Virus record (IMG/VR): IMGVR_UViG_2541047697_000006
Length of the DNA: 38,591 nt
Reading direction: 5' to 3' (one strand)
From: a virus
Lineage: Duplodnaviria > Heunggongvirae > Uroviricota > Caudoviricetes
Positions 10,152 to 21,892 of this stretch are shown one piece after another; positions within the stretch are counted from its first letter, which is position 1; every line of letters begins with the position of its first letter. The position numbers and the translations under genes were made by a program. The notes below the pieces were generated by a model. That model was not told the origin of the DNA and ran no database searches. It saw nothing but the letters and a program-made list of their open reading frames with translations.

Positions 10152-10847
10152 TTAAAACAACGAGCCAAGCAGACCAAGACCGCCACCAACAGCGGCACCG
10201 ATACCAGTACCAATACCAGGAACAATGCTGCCAAGTTGTGCTCCAGCAATTGCTCCAGAGGCAGCCCCGCCTATTGCAGATTGAAGGCCGGAAGGTCTAT
10301 TAGCGTTTGCCGCCGCCAGTGCCGCGCTTTGCTGTGAAATCTGGCTCATGTTGTTGGCATATGTTTGCCCGGCGTTTGCCTGTCCCTGAAGAGCGCCAAG
10401 ACCAATATTTGCCAGATTCTGGTAGTTGTTCATTTGTCCAGATAGCCATTGCTGGCCAAGAGTTGGTGCGATTGTTGCTAACTGATTACTGGTTGCGGTG
10501 GAACCTAATCCACCTGTTGCTTCCGCTGCCGCCAGACTCTGATAGCGCGCCTGACCAGCAAGGTCTTTGTACTGCTGAGAGTTGTAATACTGGTTAAGCG
10601 CCTGACCTTGCCCCTCCAGAGACGATAAGTTCTCGAGGCTGCCGACATACTTCTCAGCCAGAGGAGTAAACGGTTTCAGGTTGTTCATGATGGTGTTGAA
10701 CTGCTGATTTTGCAGGTCTGCGGCATACTTCTGAGCTTCTGCTGCATACTTTGCGCTTTTATCAGAACTGCCACCTTTCCCGCCTTTTTCAGGGTAATAA
10801 GGTTCCTCGCCGCGCAGTTTTCTGCCCAGCGTAAATGCATATAACAT
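10152..10847 (-). CDS. Ejection protein, P22 gp7-like
   Basis: 231 aa, Gln/Gly/Ala-rich with Gly-rich hydrophobic C-terminus; synteny. Confidence 0.7.
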   Translation of the reverse strand: MLYAFTLGRKLRGEEPYYPEKGGKGGSSDKSAKYAAEAQKYAADLQNQQFNTIMNNLKPFTPLAEKYVGSLENLSSLEGQGQALNQYYNSQQYKDLAGQARYQSLAAAEATGGLGSTATSNQLATIAPTLGQQWLSGQMNNYQNLANIGLGALQGQANAGQTYANNMSQISQQSAALAAANANRPSGLQSAIGGAASGAIAGAQLGSIVPGIGTGIGAAVGGGLGLLGSLF

Positions 10848-10849
10848 GG

Positions 10850-11305
10850 CTATCTCCCGTGATTCAGGAAGTCGATTAGTTCTTCGCGTGTGGCGCTGTA
10901 AAACGTCACGTCATCCACGCCTTTGAAGTATTTCTTGATGGTTCCTACACGCTTAAGGCCAATCATTGCGCAGTACATCTGCCCGTGGCGGAATTTGCGT
11001 GCAGCAAATGATGTGACGCACTGAACGGTGGTGTTGGTCAGAATGTATCGCCAGAACGCCAGCCCTATTTCCTTGCTGAAGCCGCGAATCTCTGGCAGGT
11101 ACATGGCGTGGCAATCGAATGTAAGCGGCTGAATCTCCTGATAGTAAACAATGCCGCCAAACTGCCCGTGCACGTTAACTTCAAAGTAACGGCAATCAGG
11201 TTTGTAGCCGTATTCATCACCGTTATTGCTCCCGGCGATAATGTCAGGGTGATTTCCGACTGCTTCTATCAGGTCGATGTTTCGCGTTGGTTTGAATGTA
11301 ATCAT
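10850..11305 (-). CDS. Tail accessory/assembly protein, P22 gp14-like
   Basis: Position between the needle and gp7 homologs; TGATG coupling with the upstream gene. Confidence 0.55.
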   Translation of the reverse strand: MITFKPTRNIDLIEAVGNHPDIIAGSNNGDEYGYKPDCRYFEVNVHGQFGGIVYYQEIQPLTFDCHAMYLPEIRGFSKEIGLAFWRYILTNTTVQCVTSFAARKFRHGQMYCAMIGLKRVGTIKKYFKGVDDVTFYSATREELIDFLNHGR

Positions 11306-12006
11306 CAGTCAATCAGCCCATGTAATCTAAGTGCTGTTTCAAGCGCCAGAATACGCTGCCGCGCCTGCTGCAAACCTGTAGCGAGAGCTGCGACTTCGGA
11401 TTGTGTGTATGTAGTGCCGACAGTGTATGACTGGTTAGCGTTGAATGAGCCAAGAAGTGGCGTACCTGTGGCTGCAGTCCATCCGGTATTTCTTGCTCCA
11501 ACAACCTGAATTCCATCAACTGAATATGATGTTTTTACATCCAGCGGTGACGCAAGAGACTGCGATTTGGTTACAGTTTTCGATACGTAATCACTCTTAA
11601 TGTCAGATACATCGCTTTCTACGCCATCCAGTCTTTTGTCAACAGTGACCAGATGCGCCTGAATATCGATAACCTCATCCAGCAAGTAATCAACATCGCT
11701 ACGCAGTACGACTATCTTCCCTTCGGCGGTTGTTAACCTGACCTCAAGGAGATTTATCGCTTTTGTGTTTGCGGTGATTCTTGCATCGTGGTCAGCCAGT
11801 TCGACATCCTGTTCATCGTTTTTTACTTGGGCATCATAAGCGCCCTGACCAGCCTGATTTGCCTTTCCAGCAATTGCACCGACATCAGCCCCCTGATTAA
11901 TGACATACAGCAGGTAAGACTGGCTGAAGATATTGCGTGGAAGGATTGATGTATCGAGCCGCGTCGCCTGAACAATAACCGGTGTGTTGAGATTCGAATC
12001 AGCCAT
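11305..12006 (-). CDS. Tail needle protein, P22 gp26-like
   Basis: 233 aa; MAD...VIVQATRLD...[48 protein letters not shown] matches P22 gp26 as recalled. Confidence 0.85.
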   Translation of the reverse strand: MADSNLNTPVIVQATRLDTSILPRNIFSQSYLLYVINQGADVGAIAGKANQAGQGAYDAQVKNDEQDVELADHDARITANTKAINLLEVRLTTAEGKIVVLRSDVDYLLDEVIDIQAHLVTVDKRLDGVESDVSDIKSDYVSKTVTKSQSLASPLDVKTSYSVDGIQVVGARNTGWTAATGTPLLGSFNANQSYTVGTTYTQSEVAALATGLQQARQRILALETALRLHGLID

Positions 12007-13424
12007 TACTCAATCCTTATCTGAGCGCCAGACAGAGTGACAGGTGACTTCGTGATAATGCGCAATTTGAAGCCGACATTTTTCCTGATGCGCCCGACTC
12101 GCTTCCACAAAACGCGTTTGTCGTAAACGAACGGTTCATTCTGCTCAATCATCTGCTCACGACCGTAATTGATGCCGTCAGTGGTTGCAGAGAGGAACAG
12201 GCGGTCAGCGTACTGAGCGACACCCGTCGATGATTCAACTTCCAGATCGAAGCATCTGCCGTTATCCGCTTTGAACAACGGAGTAAACAACAGGTGTTCC
12301 TGTTGCTTGTCGTACTGGCTGCTGATATCGAACTGCAATTTGCCGATAACCGATTCCAGCTTATCTCCGCACGTTATCTGATTGCCTTCGTAAATGAAGT
12401 CGATAGCGCGGTACACATCGTCATACAGGCCTGTTTTCAGCACACACCATTGCGGACCATTGGCGCTTGAAGATGCGTCGTACACGAGAACATGGCGCGG
12501 AAGGTGGATAATCAGCAACTCATGCGCATCAAACCGCAACGATTCCATCACGCCATCAGCCAGTTCATCAGCGGTATAGGAACGGAGGATTTTCTCAATG
12601 CTCGCGCTGGCGATTGGTGATACCTGACCGGAGCCGATGATGTATACAGACGGCGCACCTGTTGCCGGATTGCTGATGAACGCATAAGAATCAGCGAATG
12701 GCGTTTTGCAGTAAGTCCCGGCAATACCTTTCTGCACCATCAATGATGGCTGTGCGACATACAAAGCGGCACCAACGGTGGTTGCCCCCGTCAGGGAGAA
12801 ATATTCAATCGTCGATGAACCAAAGCAGACGATGAAGTCTCGCCATGTTCCGATGCCGATGATGCCGTCAGGCTGAGACTCAGCACGATATTGTGCGCTG
12901 TAACGGTCAGGATGAGATTCGTCTTCAAGGTCAGTGATAAACCATGAATCAGTACCGTCTTTTGACCACGCATAACGCCCACGTAAGCGCGTAATGTCAC
13001 GAACCGAACCTAACTCATACTGCGTGAATCCGCTATCTGTAGGCCAGTTTGAGACGGTTTTAACCGTGCCATCATAACGATACTCTACCAGTTGCCCGTT
13101 AACGCCTACCGCCTGTGATGTTCGACCATGCGCCATTGATACGCGACCACTTCCGGCAACATCACCGACCTCACTTTCGCCCTTATACAGTTTGCCACCA
13201 CACACGCGATAAACAGCATTCTGCGCCATGTTGTACTCGACGCCTCGCGATACGCCGTTCACATCAGAACGTTTGGCAATGCCCGGGAATGAGCGAAGAT
13301 ATCCGCTGCTGTTCAGGATTTCTTTGGGTGTAGCCAACATATTCACTGGCAGATAGTCGATATAGTCGGCGTTTCGGAAGTCTTTGCCGACACCTTTCAT
13401 AAGCGGAAGTTGCTGAATCGGCAT
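12006..13424 (-). CDS. Tail accessory factor, P22 gp10-like
   Basis: 472 aa, same as P22 gp10; synteny. Confidence 0.8.
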   Translation of the reverse strand: MPIQQLPLMKGVGKDFRNADYIDYLPVNMLATPKEILNSSGYLRSFPGIAKRSDVNGVSRGVEYNMAQNAVYRVCGGKLYKGESEVGDVAGSGRVSMAHGRTSQAVGVNGQLVEYRYDGTVKTVSNWPTDSGFTQYELGSVRDITRLRGRYAWSKDGTDSWFITDLEDESHPDRYSAQYRAESQPDGIIGIGTWRDFIVCFGSSTIEYFSLTGATTVGAALYVAQPSLMVQKGIAGTYCKTPFADSYAFISNPATGAPSVYIIGSGQVSPIASASIEKILRSYTADELADGVMESLRFDAHELLIIHLPRHVLVYDASSSANGPQWCVLKTGLYDDVYRAIDFIYEGNQITCGDKLESVIGKLQFDISSQYDKQQEHLLFTPLFKADNGRCFDLEVESSTGVAQYADRLFLSATTDGINYGREQMIEQNEPFVYDKRVLWKRVGRIRKNVGFKLRIITKSPVTLSGAQIRIE

Positions 13425-13925
13425 TTATTCGCTCCCGTTATCGCAAGGTTCCTTTCGGTGGAAGTAATTCCAACCATTCCACTTCGCCAACTGGTTACCG
13501 CTACCAACAGGCATACGGTTTGGATAACCGGACTTACATTTAGCGGCTTTTGCTCTGTCCATTGCAGACAGTTTGACGAGTCGCTCTTTCCCGTATCTGG
13601 CAGTGGTTATAAGTTTTGCTGACGCTTCCAGCGCATAATCCGGAGCAATGCGGCAGGCAAGGTTGAAAATGACAGCATTGATAGCGTTATTTGATAAACC
13701 GTGCTCATCTCCCGGATTTGGAGCGACATCTGCATCAGCGAAAATGTAGCCAACATTGATACCTGGTGACGCATCACCGCCAAGCCATTCCGCCATCATC
13801 ATTTCAAGGTCGTTGACACCATCTTCCATGGACTGAGGTTCGACATCGGTTAACGTGGCATTTGATGCCACACCGAGCTTACGTAATGCCGCAAGAACTA
13901 AATCACCCTTCGTTGTCAGGTTCAT
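13425..13925 (-). CDS. Tail accessory factor, P22 gp4-like
   Basis: Start at internal ATG 13925 gives 166 aa ([33 protein letters not shown]...), matching P22 gp4 as recalled. The ORF-track N-terminal SQSQSQ extension is the hexamer repeat read in another frame. Confidence 0.8.
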   Translation of the reverse strand: MNLTTKGDLVLAALRKLGVASNATLTDVEPQSMEDGVNDLEMMMAEWLGGDASPGINVGYIFADADVAPNPGDEHGLSNNAINAVIFNLACRIAPDYALEASAKLITTARYGKERLVKLSAMDRAKAAKCKSGYPNRMPVGSGNQLAKWNGWNYFHRKEPCDNGSE

Positions 13926-14151
13926 CTGCTGCCGCCTTAGGTTTTCGACCAGGCTTTTTACGCTGTTTTTCTTCTGGCTCTGGCTCTGGCTCTGGCTCTG
14001 GCTCTGCAACATCCTTCAGAAGGTCATCCGGATGTGCAAACCAACCAGCATCCAGATATTCCTGAAGCTCTTCGGCTTTCACGATTTCAAAGTCGTAGCC
14101 AACGCCTTTCCACTTCTTCATGTCGCCATGACGAAAGATCATGTGTGTCAT
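13903..14151 (-). CDS. Small protein with (Glu-Pro)5 repeat and basic C-terminal tail, between coat and gp4
   Basis: ATG 14151 with GGAG 6 nt upstream; [25 protein letters not shown]...[24 protein letters not shown]...; overlaps the gp4 start. Confidence 0.45.
   Translation of the reverse strand: MTHMIFRHGDMKKWKGVGYDFEIVKAEELQEYLDAGWFAHPDDLLKDVAEPEPEPEPEPEEKQRKKPGRKPKAAADEPDNEG
13975..14006. repeat. Perfect tandem hexanucleotide repeat (TGGCTC)x5
   Basis: Five exact copies at 13975..14004; encodes [10 protein letters not shown] on the - strand. Confidence 0.9.
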
Positions 14152-14165
14152 GCTTGTCTCCAGAT

Positions 14166-14190
14166 AAAAAAGGGAGCCGAAGCTCCCTCT
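14166..14190 (-). terminator. Hairpin plus T-run immediately downstream of the coat gene
   Basis: AGGGAGC-cgaa-GCTCCCT stem; on the - strand followed by TTTTTAT. Confidence 0.5.
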
Positions 14191-14195
14191 GGTTA

Positions 14196-15491
14196 TCACG
14201 CGGTCTGGTTAGGCAGACCAACACCAATTGCCTCTGGTCGTACAGCACATGCTGAATACCACACAGCAATACGGCACTTACCAGACAGAGTGTTGATATC
14301 ACCCTGCGTTGCGAAGATGCCGTTAACACCAATACCAGGAATGCTGAAGGAAGACGTTTTCATACCAGCAAACAGTTCATGGGTTACCGGGATCGGCTGA
14401 GACAGCAGGCGGATTGAGTCATCAGCCCAGAACACGTTAGCGGTGGTTGTTGCCACGTTCAGAACGTTCACCGGAGTGTTATCAGCAAGAGAGGTGTTTA
14501 CATTAGCGTAAGCCTTCTCTTCTTTTGTCAGTGACGCGTCATCCAGTGCAATCGGCTTCGGCGTGATTTCGATGTGAGTACTATCGATCACACGGGTGAT
14601 TGAGAAAGTCGCATCATCAGTCAGCACGTTCTTCGCCATCTGAGACAGGAATTTCACACCAGTGAAGCTGATTTTGTCGCCGCGCTTAAATCCGGCGGTG
14701 GAGGATACGGTCACCGTTGCAACACGATTGTCGACGTTCTCTTTGTTACCATCGGTATCAAGGGTGTATGCCTGCGGCTTAAACTTCTGCGCACCAGAAA
14801 CAGTTACACCAGTAGCGGTTGATTTGGTAACTGCCGGAAGTTTCGGTGAGCGAAGAATTTCATCAAAGCCAGCAATCTGACGCTGAATAGTACCGTTGCG
14901 ATACGCTTCTTCAGGAACTCGCCCGAAGATGTCGCCATCTACCAAGTTGCGGCCTGCTTTGCGGTAATCGTCAGGGTTCAGGAAGTAACTGATGCCCATG
15001 TCGCGGTTGAGTTCGCGGGAGAACATCAGGCGCTCTGCATCAGACACAAAATCCCAGCCAGACAGGCCTGTAGATGGACCAATTGCGCGGGTATCGTGAA
15101 CAACAAGCGAACCCATTTCAGTTGCCTGTTTGGCAATCGCTGACTCAATGTTATTCGCCAGTTTTTTGGCGGATGCCTGGATGCGGCGACGGTAAGAACG
15201 CTCATCACGCAGGTCATCTGCACGAAGCTCGAAGAAATCGTTATCCGGATCGCCCATGTTGCATTTCACGGAGAGTTCCAGAATCCCTGTTGCGTTGCCA
15301 GTTAAATCCCAGCCAGTCTGGGTTGGCGCTTCCTGCTCAACAGGCATCCACACGGTATTGCTTGAACGCTGCATGGATTTTGCCGGAGGGGTGTATTTTG
15401 TCACTTTGGACGCCATTGGCGTCAGGTTCTGGACGGTTTCGATGATTTCATCCAGAGCATACGTGACCAGTTGACCTTCATTTAATGCCAT
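14196..15491 (-). CDS. Major coat protein, P22 gp5-like
   Basis: 431 aa; MALNEGQ.VT...DEIIET...[34 protein letters not shown]... matches P22 coat as recalled. Confidence 0.9.
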   Translation of the reverse strand: MALNEGQLVTYALDEIIETVQNLTPMASKVTKYTPPAKSMQRSSNTVWMPVEQEAPTQTGWDLTGNATGILELSVKCNMGDPDNDFFELRADDLRDERSYRRRIQASAKKLANNIESAIAKQATEMGSLVVHDTRAIGPSTGLSGWDFVSDAERLMFSRELNRDMGISYFLNPDDYRKAGRNLVDGDIFGRVPEEAYRNGTIQRQIAGFDEILRSPKLPAVTKSTATGVTVSGAQKFKPQAYTLDTDGNKENVDNRVATVTVSSTAGFKRGDKISFTGVKFLSQMAKNVLTDDATFSITRVIDSTHIEITPKPIALDDASLTKEEKAYANVNTSLADNTPVNVLNVATTTANVFWADDSIRLLSQPIPVTHELFAGMKTSSFSIPGIGVNGIFATQGDINTLSGKCRIAVWYSACAVRPEAIGVGLPNQTA

Positions 15492-16402
15492 TATCGAATT
15501 CCTTTATTCAGTTGCGCCTTAAGCTTGCGGTACGTCTCTACATCCCCTTTGTTTGCTGCCGCTTCCATCTGCTTTTCAATCGCAGAGATATTTGCAGCAA
15601 CAGCGTGTCCCTGAATTGGTTCATCAGGTAACGGGGCTTCTGAAACAGGCTTGGCTCGAGGCTTGAGAGTTAAACGTTCTGACAGTCGAGTGAGTTCAAT
15701 CAGCGCGGATTGCCCGTCCATCGCCAGCAACTGGCGTGTTTTCTCAGGATTAGCACCAAGGTGATACATGAGAGCGGCGGATTTCTCCGGGAAGAGGCGC
15801 ATGATGTCGGCACCGACTGCTGGCGGCACCAGTTGCATGAATGCATCCTCTTTCTCCTGATAGTCAGGGATATTGAGCTTTTCCGCTGCGTCGTAGTGCT
15901 TACGGGCTGCCTCGACGTATTGCGCTGATTGCTGGGTGAACTCCTGAGTTTTGCGCCCCTGCTCGGCGACAGCCTGGCTTCGTGCGTCCATAGCCTTGAT
16001 CTGCCATTCACTGTTTGCCTGCTGGAAGGCAGCCAGTGCGCGGCTCTGGTCATAGTCGTACTTAGCCAGTGCATCTTCGGAAAGATAATCGTTAGGGTCT
16101 GGTTGTTTTGGTAACTCAGGGTTCACCCGCAGGTGTTCCGGCAATTCTCCACGCTTAACCGCTTCCATCTGCTGCTCAAGCTCACGCTGGCGTTTGCGTT
16201 CGATGCGGCGACGGGCAAATTCAGCATTAGTTGCCGGGTCTTGTTTTGGTTTCTCATCGTCTTTCAGGACAATCTCGAAGCCTTCTTCCTGACCTGCGTT
16301 GTCGTTGGCATTATCGACAACTAAGCCATCAGCAGATGCCGCTGCATGATTGCCGGGCAGGGTTAATTCTTCAGAAGCCTGAATGTCGGTGGTTTGGTCC
16401 AT
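15491..16402 (-). CDS. Scaffolding protein, P22 gp8-like
   Basis: 303 aa, same length as P22 gp8; ...[30 protein letters not shown]...[31 protein letters not shown]... Confidence 0.9.
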   Translation of the reverse strand: MDQTTDIQASEELTLPGNHAAASADGLVVDNANDNAGQEEGFEIVLKDDEKPKQDPATNAEFARRRIERKRQRELEQQMEAVKRGELPEHLRVNPELPKQPDPNDYLSEDALAKYDYDQSRALAAFQQANSEWQIKAMDARSQAVAEQGRKTQEFTQQSAQYVEAARKHYDAAEKLNIPDYQEKEDAFMQLVPPAVGADIMRLFPEKSAALMYHLGANPEKTRQLLAMDGQSALIELTRLSERLTLKPRAKPVSEAPLPDEPIQGHAVAANISAIEKQMEAAANKGDVETYRKLKAQLNKGIR

Positions 16403-16415
16403 GATTAACTCTCTC

Positions 16416-18581
16416 TTATTGAGGTGTCTCGGCTACTCCGCCGGAGGGGATTTGAACTTGACGCATAAGATTAGCGAAATCCATGCGTTGTGAATGAGTC
16501 TGGTCTGCATCTTTAAGAAGCAGCTCAGCGTTAGCACGAGCATCTTTGCTGCGCTGTTGCTGGAATTGACCTACGAGCTTGAGGTACTCACGCAGTTCTG
16601 CCTGCTTGTCGAGGTCCATATTGTTGAAGATTTCTGCAATCTTCGCGGCGTTGAGTTGGTTTTGGGCTTCAACCTTGGCGGCTTCAACCTGAATCTGCGC
16701 CTGTTGGTTCTCTGCCTTGAGCAATTCAGCCTGACCTTGCAGAAGGATACCCTGCGCCTGAATTTGCTCTGCTGATGGCTGCTGCGGCTGTTGTTGTGCC
16801 TGCTGTACCATCTCCATCTCTTCAGGTGTTTCTGGTTTCTTCAGCCCCATCATCACCAGTTGCTTGTTCGCGTACTCTCGCATCATCTCGACGCCTTTAC
16901 CGTCAAGCAGCGTGAAGTATTGCAGCATCAGCATCTGGAACTCTGGAGTACCTTGCGGAACCTTGGTTAGTAACTCCTGAATCTCTGCGCGGTTCTGTTC
17001 CTTCATGCTCTGGAAGGATGGCCCAACGTCCGTATAGCACTCATAGCGACCACGAATGTCGTTGAGTGTGACCACATTGCCGGACTGGTAATCGACAACT
17101 TGCGCATAGAGTTGAACGTCTTTCTCGCTTCCATCTTCAAGTGTCAGCGTTACATGACGAGGAACGTCATAAATATCGTTGACCATTGAGGCATAAATCT
17201 CGCCATCACGTCGCATTGCGGTAGCCAGGTTATCCTGGAACACGTATGTCTCAAGGTCTGCCCGCATGTTCAGTTGATTGACGGTATCGAAAGCGACCTG
17301 ACCATTTGCCGCCTGCGCATCCACACCAAGACTAGCCACCTCTTTCACTGCGTTGGTGGCAGCCTCAAGCATGTAAGCGTTGGCTTGCGGCACTTCAGGG
17401 TTTTCCATGTAGGAGATTGGACCAATCGGCAGGTCGTTACCGTTTTCATCGGTCTTGTTCTGCAGATAGTACGGATAGTCATCATTTCCACCGTACATGT
17501 ATTCGTAGCCTTCGATTTGCTCAGGGAAGAAGGTCGGTTTCTTCTTCGGTGAACGAGCAACAATATCGGCGTTGAATGACATGATCATGTTACGAAGGCG
17601 CTGACCGTCTTTCGTCAGCCTTACCACTCCTTCGTAGCACTCCTTGTCACCAGCGAATGACCATTCGCCATACACTGGAACGATTGGAATATGCTCTCCG
17701 GCTATCTTCTCGCGGTCTTTCAGTATCTGCGTGCAGGTGATGATCGACTTATACACACGCCGACGCTTCACCTTGCGCTCTGCTACCTTAATGAATCCAC
17801 GATTAGCCAGGTCGTCGATGACGTCTTTGATATCCTGCTGGTAATAGCTGACCGGCTCACCTGTCAGCGGGTCGCGGTAGATGAAGACCTTCTCTTTCTT
17901 CTCTTCGACCTCGTAATACTCAGCGACGTAGACGACATCATTCGATACCCAAGGGAACAGCCATGTATCGTTCGGATTCTGGAAAGATGGCAAGGTATCC
18001 GGATCAATACCGTAATCCTCTGCGAACTCTTTCCAGCCATTGCGTGACAAAGCGTTAATCACCGTGCAGTGCTTAGCGTCGCTCTTATCCATCTGCTTGC
18101 TATTGGCGTCCCATATGACGTGTGAGCAGGCTTCATGGATTGGAAGGCGTCGGATTACCTGATTGTTGCTTGTTGGATCGTTGTCTTCGTACTGCGTGAC
18201 CAGACGCCATGCACCAACGCCGGACTCTATCTGCTCACGAACGCCAACGTTAACGGCAATCTTTGCCGTGTTATGGCGCATATCAGTACGATACATCCCC
18301 ATCAACACATCGGCAGCATCAGGATTAGCGCCGTCTTTGGGTCGGAAGAGAACGTCGATAGGGTTCCGGCGCATCTCTGCGACCAGTTTCCTGACCACCG
18401 GGCGAACAACATCGAATTGTCCGCGATATTGCAGAGTCGTGTAGTTTGATAGCCAGTCATCCCATTGCGACACTCGGCTAAAATACAGGTCATTTGTCGC
18501 CTCGGTTCTGGCTTCATCGCTCGCCATCCAGTCTGCGTCAAACTTACACAGAATGGAATTGAGTCTGTTTTCGTCGGCCAT
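16416..18581 (-). CDS. Portal protein, P22 gp1-like
   Basis: 721 aa; ...[94 protein letters not shown]... near-colinear with the P22 portal as recalled. Confidence 0.92.
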   Translation of the reverse strand: MADENRLNSILCKFDADWMASDEARTEATNDLYFSRVSQWDDWLSNYTTLQYRGQFDVVRPVVRKLVAEMRRNPIDVLFRPKDGANPDAADVLMGMYRTDMRHNTAKIAVNVGVREQIESGVGAWRLVTQYEDNDPTSNNQVIRRLPIHEACSHVIWDANSKQMDKSDAKHCTVINALSRNGWKEFAEDYGIDPDTLPSFQNPNDTWLFPWVSNDVVYVAEYYEVEEKKEKVFIYRDPLTGEPVSYYQQDIKDVIDDLANRGFIKVAERKVKRRRVYKSIITCTQILKDREKIAGEHIPIVPVYGEWSFAGDKECYEGVVRLTKDGQRLRNMIMSFNADIVARSPKKKPTFFPEQIEGYEYMYGGNDDYPYYLQNKTDENGNDLPIGPISYMENPEVPQANAYMLEAATNAVKEVASLGVDAQAANGQVAFDTVNQLNMRADLETYVFQDNLATAMRRDGEIYASMVNDIYDVPRHVTLTLEDGSEKDVQLYAQVVDYQSGNVVTLNDIRGRYECYTDVGPSFQSMKEQNRAEIQELLTKVPQGTPEFQMLMLQYFTLLDGKGVEMMREYANKQLVMMGLKKPETPEEMEMVQQAQQQPQQPSAEQIQAQGILLQGQAELLKAENQQAQIQVEAAKVEAQNQLNAAKIAEIFNNMDLDKQAELREYLKLVGQFQQQRSKDARANAELLLKDADQTHSQRMDFANLMRQVQIPSGGVAETPQ

Positions 18582-18977
18582 TTAAGTTCTCCGTGCGATG
18601 GGCCTGATTGGGGCTGGTATCTTTTTCTCTTTTGGTTTTTTGATGTCGCGCATCATTTTTGCGAAGCGGCGCATCATGTATGCATAGCGAACGGCGGATA
18701 GCACGTCGTCGTTAAGCTTGACGATTTTCCCGTTTTCATCACGGTGATAGAGGCGGAACTCCTCAAAGAATGGCTCACAGGTGTTGAATACTTTGAAGCG
18801 ACCGTCGAGCATCATGTCTCGCAATTCAGTGATGCCAGGCTCAACAGCATTACCGCCATCAGGCCATGTCGCATGCTCCTGCAACATCATAAAACCAGCG
18901 TCCGCGTACTGCCCTTTAAGCTGCTCACCGCCGCCCTTCTCATGCTGGTTTCCGTCATGAGGCCATGCGGTTGGCAC
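18582..18977 (-). CDS. Terminase large subunit, C-terminal segment (after in-frame TGA)
   Basis: Same reading frame as 19002..20081. Segment lengths 359 + 1 + 8 + 131 = 499 codons, equal to P22 gp2 length as recalled. GTG at 18977 is only the ORF caller's alternative start. Confidence 0.7.
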   Translation of the reverse strand: MPTAWPHDGNQHEKGGGEQLKGQYADAGFMMLQEHATWPDGGNAVEPGITELRDMMLDGRFKVFNTCEPFFEEFRLYHRDENGKIVKLNDDVLSAVRYAYMMRRFAKMMRDIKKPKEKKIPAPIRPIARRT

Positions 18978-19001
18978 TTTATGCGCCCATGATTTAACAG
19001 C

Positions 19002-20081
19002 TCACCACGCCTGAACGGCTGTCTTTTCTTTCGCCTTCCACACGCGTGAAACGTAGATTGTGTCTGCGTCCTTATCCCACCAAAGCTGAACCTGCGCCTG
19101 AGGGTGATCCCATCCGAAATCCATCCCACCAATTACGTAGAAGTGATCAGGACACTCGAACGGCTGACACTTAATCGTCTCTTCCGGTATCTGGAAGATT
19201 CGACCGCTACCCATCGTAGGAATACCGCGAGCACGCGCCTCTCTCTCATGCTCTGGATAGGATGCGATGATTTGCTCTTTCTGCTCGTCGGTATAGTGCT
19301 CAGCGTCATAGATGGTCATGTTGACCACTTTCTGCGACTTGCTGGGGTTCTTCAGGAACTTGGTAACAACGTCAGACATCCCCATCAGCGGGGTAAACGT
19401 CAGAATTGAGAATTGCCCGTATTTGTTGGTACGGGTAAGCCCTTCGCCATAAATGCTGTATGGTGGTTCTTCGTCAAACCACACGCCGTGGATTGTGTCA
19501 CCCTGCCAGCGAGCACGGCCTTGCGAGTATGGTTTGAAGTAGCAGATTGAAATGCCATCTTCAACGCCATCAGCCGTGTGATGCTTAACCAGAAGATGAT
19601 CAACAAGGTTCGGAAAGAAAGGAGACTTCTTCCAGCTAATGATGTCTTCTTTCGGTATGGAACCGTAGCCAGGTTCACCATTCTCTTCGATACGACCGCA
19701 CAGGATGCGTTGAGTCGTTTTGGTTACAGTCTCGTTTGTCTCTCCACCAATCCAGAAGACAACAGGCTCATAGAAACGCTTACCTTTCCACTCACCGCCA
19801 TATTTACCATCAGCAGGATAGCCTTTTGTGCCCGGATAACGCCCGGTAAGGTGAAACGCGACTTCAGCAGCACCAGTAAATGACTTACCAAGCTGGTTAC
19901 CAGCCATAAAACATCGCTCTGGATAGTCATGCCCGGCGTCGATGAACTCACGCTGTTTGCTGTATGGCGTAAATTCATATAGCAGGTGTGTGTTACGGTA
20001 GTTCTCTTCTTCTTCGAGTAGCTCGAGCAATTCGATTTGCTCTTCGTCGCTCAGGTTATCAAGAATCGCGTCCAGTTCCAC
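19002..20081 (-). CDS. Terminase large subunit, N-terminal ATPase segment (ends at in-frame TGA 19002..19004)
   Basis: [83 protein letters not shown]... matches P22 gp2 as recalled. Walker A-like GNQLGKS. Confidence 0.85.
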   Translation of the reverse strand: MELDAILDNLSDEEQIELLELLEEEENYRNTHLLYEFTPYSKQREFIDAGHDYPERCFMAGNQLGKSFTGAAEVAFHLTGRYPGTKGYPADGKYGGEWKGKRFYEPVVFWIGGETNETVTKTTQRILCGRIEENGEPGYGSIPKEDIISWKKSPFFPNLVDHLLVKHHTADGVEDGISICYFKPYSQGRARWQGDTIHGVWFDEEPPYSIYGEGLTRTNKYGQFSILTFTPLMGMSDVVTKFLKNPSKSQKVVNMTIYDAEHYTDEQKEQIIASYPEHEREARARGIPTMGSGRIFQIPEETIKCQPFECPDHFYVIGGMDFGWDHPQAQVQLWWDKDADTIYVSRVWKAKEKTAVQAW

Positions 20082-20547
20082 GGTTGAATAGCTCCTTGAT
20101 ACGAGAGCGTCGCTTATCGCGATCTCCCTTATCAGGTGTCACGTCTTCAACTTGCGACTGCTCTTTGAGGCCCAAATCACGGGCGATGATGTTAGCGTTG
20201 AGAAGGTCAGCAGCAGCGCCAGAGAATTTCTGGTCGTAGATGACCTGTTCTGCTCGCGTAACGACTTCAGATAAATCTTCTCGCAGGCGATATGTGCGCC
20301 ATGTTTCAAGCGTCACATCAATGAACAGAGTGAGTCCGGTAATGGTCATCGCTCGCATCTTGGCGATAGGCTCTTGTATCACTTCACCCTGATACGAGAA
20401 CGCCTTCATCTCCCATAGCGGGTTAGCTTCCACCCACTCGAAGTATTCACAACAAGCAGCCCACAGCGCCTCAGGCGATTCGAATTTAGGGTTTCGCCCA
20501 TGACTACTGCGGGCCTCCCAAAATCGGTTGCCCTTTGGTGCTGCCAT
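20059..20547 (-). CDS. Terminase small subunit, P22 gp3-like
   Basis: 162 aa from the second Met; [46 protein letters not shown]... matches P22 gp3 as recalled; overlaps the large-subunit start. Confidence 0.85.
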   Translation of the reverse strand: MAAPKGNRFWEARSSHGRNPKFESPEALWAACCEYFEWVEANPLWEMKAFSYQGEVIQEPIAKMRAMTITGLTLFIDVTLETWRTYRLREDLSEVVTRAEQVIYDQKFSGAAADLLNANIIARDLGLKEQSQVEDVTPDKGDRDKRRSRIKELFNRGTGRDS

Positions 20548-20570
20548 ATTCATCTCACTTAGTTGTTATT

Positions 20571-20969
20571 TCAGGCTGATGACTCTTTCGCGCTTTCAAT
20601 CAGTGACTGCTTCAGCAAGTAACCTTCGAGCATCCAGATTTTGCTTACAGCATTCTGCCGGGCAATCTTCCGACCAATTTCTGCATCAAAGTTTTCCGGG
20701 CTTGCACAGGCACTCTCTCCGGTGACGGTGAAGCCATTCTTCAGCACCAGTACGCAGAAAGTGAGCAACTTCAATGGTGATAAATCACGATCGCCTTCTT
20801 CTGGTTTTTCCCTGCCACAATATTCGTTGCTGGAAATGGCACCATTACGTCCATCATAAGCAGTAAAGTAATGCTCGCTTTTAATCACGTCTTCGATGTG
20901 CTGAGGAGTGATTCGCGGGGCTGTTTTGCCTTTCTCAACGATTTCTTTTTCGATTTGCTGGTCGCTCAT
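20571..20969 (-). CDS. Phage gp49/gp66-family protein (moron between lysis and packaging modules)
   Basis: ...ITPQHIEDVIKSEHYFTAYDG...LLTFCVLVLKNGFTVTGESACASPENFDAEIGRKIARQNAVSKIWMLEGYLL; family assignment from memory. Confidence 0.5.
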   Translation of the reverse strand: MSDQQIEKEIVEKGKTAPRITPQHIEDVIKSEHYFTAYDGRNGAISSNEYCGREKPEEGDRDLSPLKLLTFCVLVLKNGFTVTGESACASPENFDAEIGRKIARQNAVSKIWMLEGYLLKQSLIESAKESSA

Positions 20970-21257
20970 AATTATGACCCTGTAGAGTGGTTGCTTGATT
21001 AGGATGTCTTTCCATCAGTCCGCCACCACAAAGAATCTTTTTTGCCATAAGGCAGGAGGTTCATCTTTCAGTGGCTGCCGGTGTTATTTCCCCACTTACT
21101 GGCTTGGGTTGCTTCGTGGTACTGCCGTAACTGGTTGCCAAGAATAAATTCCGGTTTCATTATCAAGCCCACCCGTAGATGGGCTTTGTAATGGATAGCC
21201 GTTGCTCAGTTCTCGTAATGCTTTGATTTTTCCGATAACGCAGTTTTGCGTTTGCCA

Positions 21258-21779
21258 TCAGCACGCGATATCGAGAGTCAACTGCAGTTGCTCGCGCCAG
21301 TACTCAACATTTGCTTCAATAACCGGCTTATCCCATCGCCAGCGAGCCATCTCTCTTGCCCCATTGCTGGCTTTTGATTTCCGGTCATCGCGAATGCGAC
21401 ATGCTTGCTCATATTTCTGCTGCTCAGTCAGTTCACCGCGAAGCAGACTATCAATGTGCAGGTCGCACCACACAGCAAAACGAGCATCACACCAACGGGC
21501 AAATGCAACTGAAAGTTTTGGATGTAGCCACGTACCACCACCCCTGTCCTTTCGTGCCTTGCTGGTTTTTACATACCTCGATTGTGAGGGATGTAAAATT
21601 TGAGATTCTTTCCCGGTCAACGCTTCGTCTAAAGCACGAACGTATTCAAGCGTTTCTGCCAAACGCATCCAGTTATCAATGCGTTTCCCAAATCTCTCAG
21701 CAACACCTGTGACGTTGATCCAACCATCAGTGTTGAAACTGACAATTTCACCTTTGTAATTAAGTGGCACGATATTCAT
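21258..21779 (-). CDS. KilA-N domain protein
   Basis: ...DRGGGTWLHPKLSVAFARWCDARFAVWCDLHIDSLL resembles the KilA-N core (GTWvHp.lA..fA.W.sp.F). Confidence 0.55.
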   Translation of the reverse strand: MNIVPLNYKGEIVSFNTDGWINVTGVAERFGKRIDNWMRLAETLEYVRALDEALTGKESQILHPSQSRYVKTSKARKDRGGGTWLHPKLSVAFARWCDARFAVWCDLHIDSLLRGELTEQQKYEQACRIRDDRKSKASNGAREMARWRWDKPVIEANVEYWREQLQLTLDIAC

Positions 21780-21892
21780 AACGTTTACCTACCATTTGAA
21801 ATGAACCTTTGCCGCATAGGAAACCAGCCCACCGAGGCTCGCCAGCACTAACTGGTATCCTCAAAGGCCCATTCCAAAGGGGCAGGTTCGGT

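Noticed and set aside
13975-14006. Tandem repeat as a CRISPR-like array
   Set aside because: Unit is 6 bp with no spacers; it is a coding microsatellite.
13855-14400. 181-aa + strand ORF, plus other + strand ORFs (13862..14065, 14034..14255)
   Set aside because: Antisense to the well-supported gp4, small EP-repeat and coat genes; the sequence is driven by the hexamer repeat and has no RBS.
15700-18541. Numerous 60-130 aa ORFs on both strands inside portal and scaffold genes
   Set aside because: Nested within or antisense to long, homology-supported structural genes; typical six-frame noise.
18978-19004. TGA in terminase as selenocysteine or programmed recoding
   Set aside because: No SECIS-like hairpin immediately downstream was apparent, and many genes in the window use TGA as a normal stop. 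A nonsense mutation or sequencing error is more parsimonious, though UGA leakiness cannot be excluded.
21202-21712. + strand ORFs 21202..21603 and 21356..21712
   Set aside because: Antisense to the KilA-N gene, which has the domain signature; no independent support.
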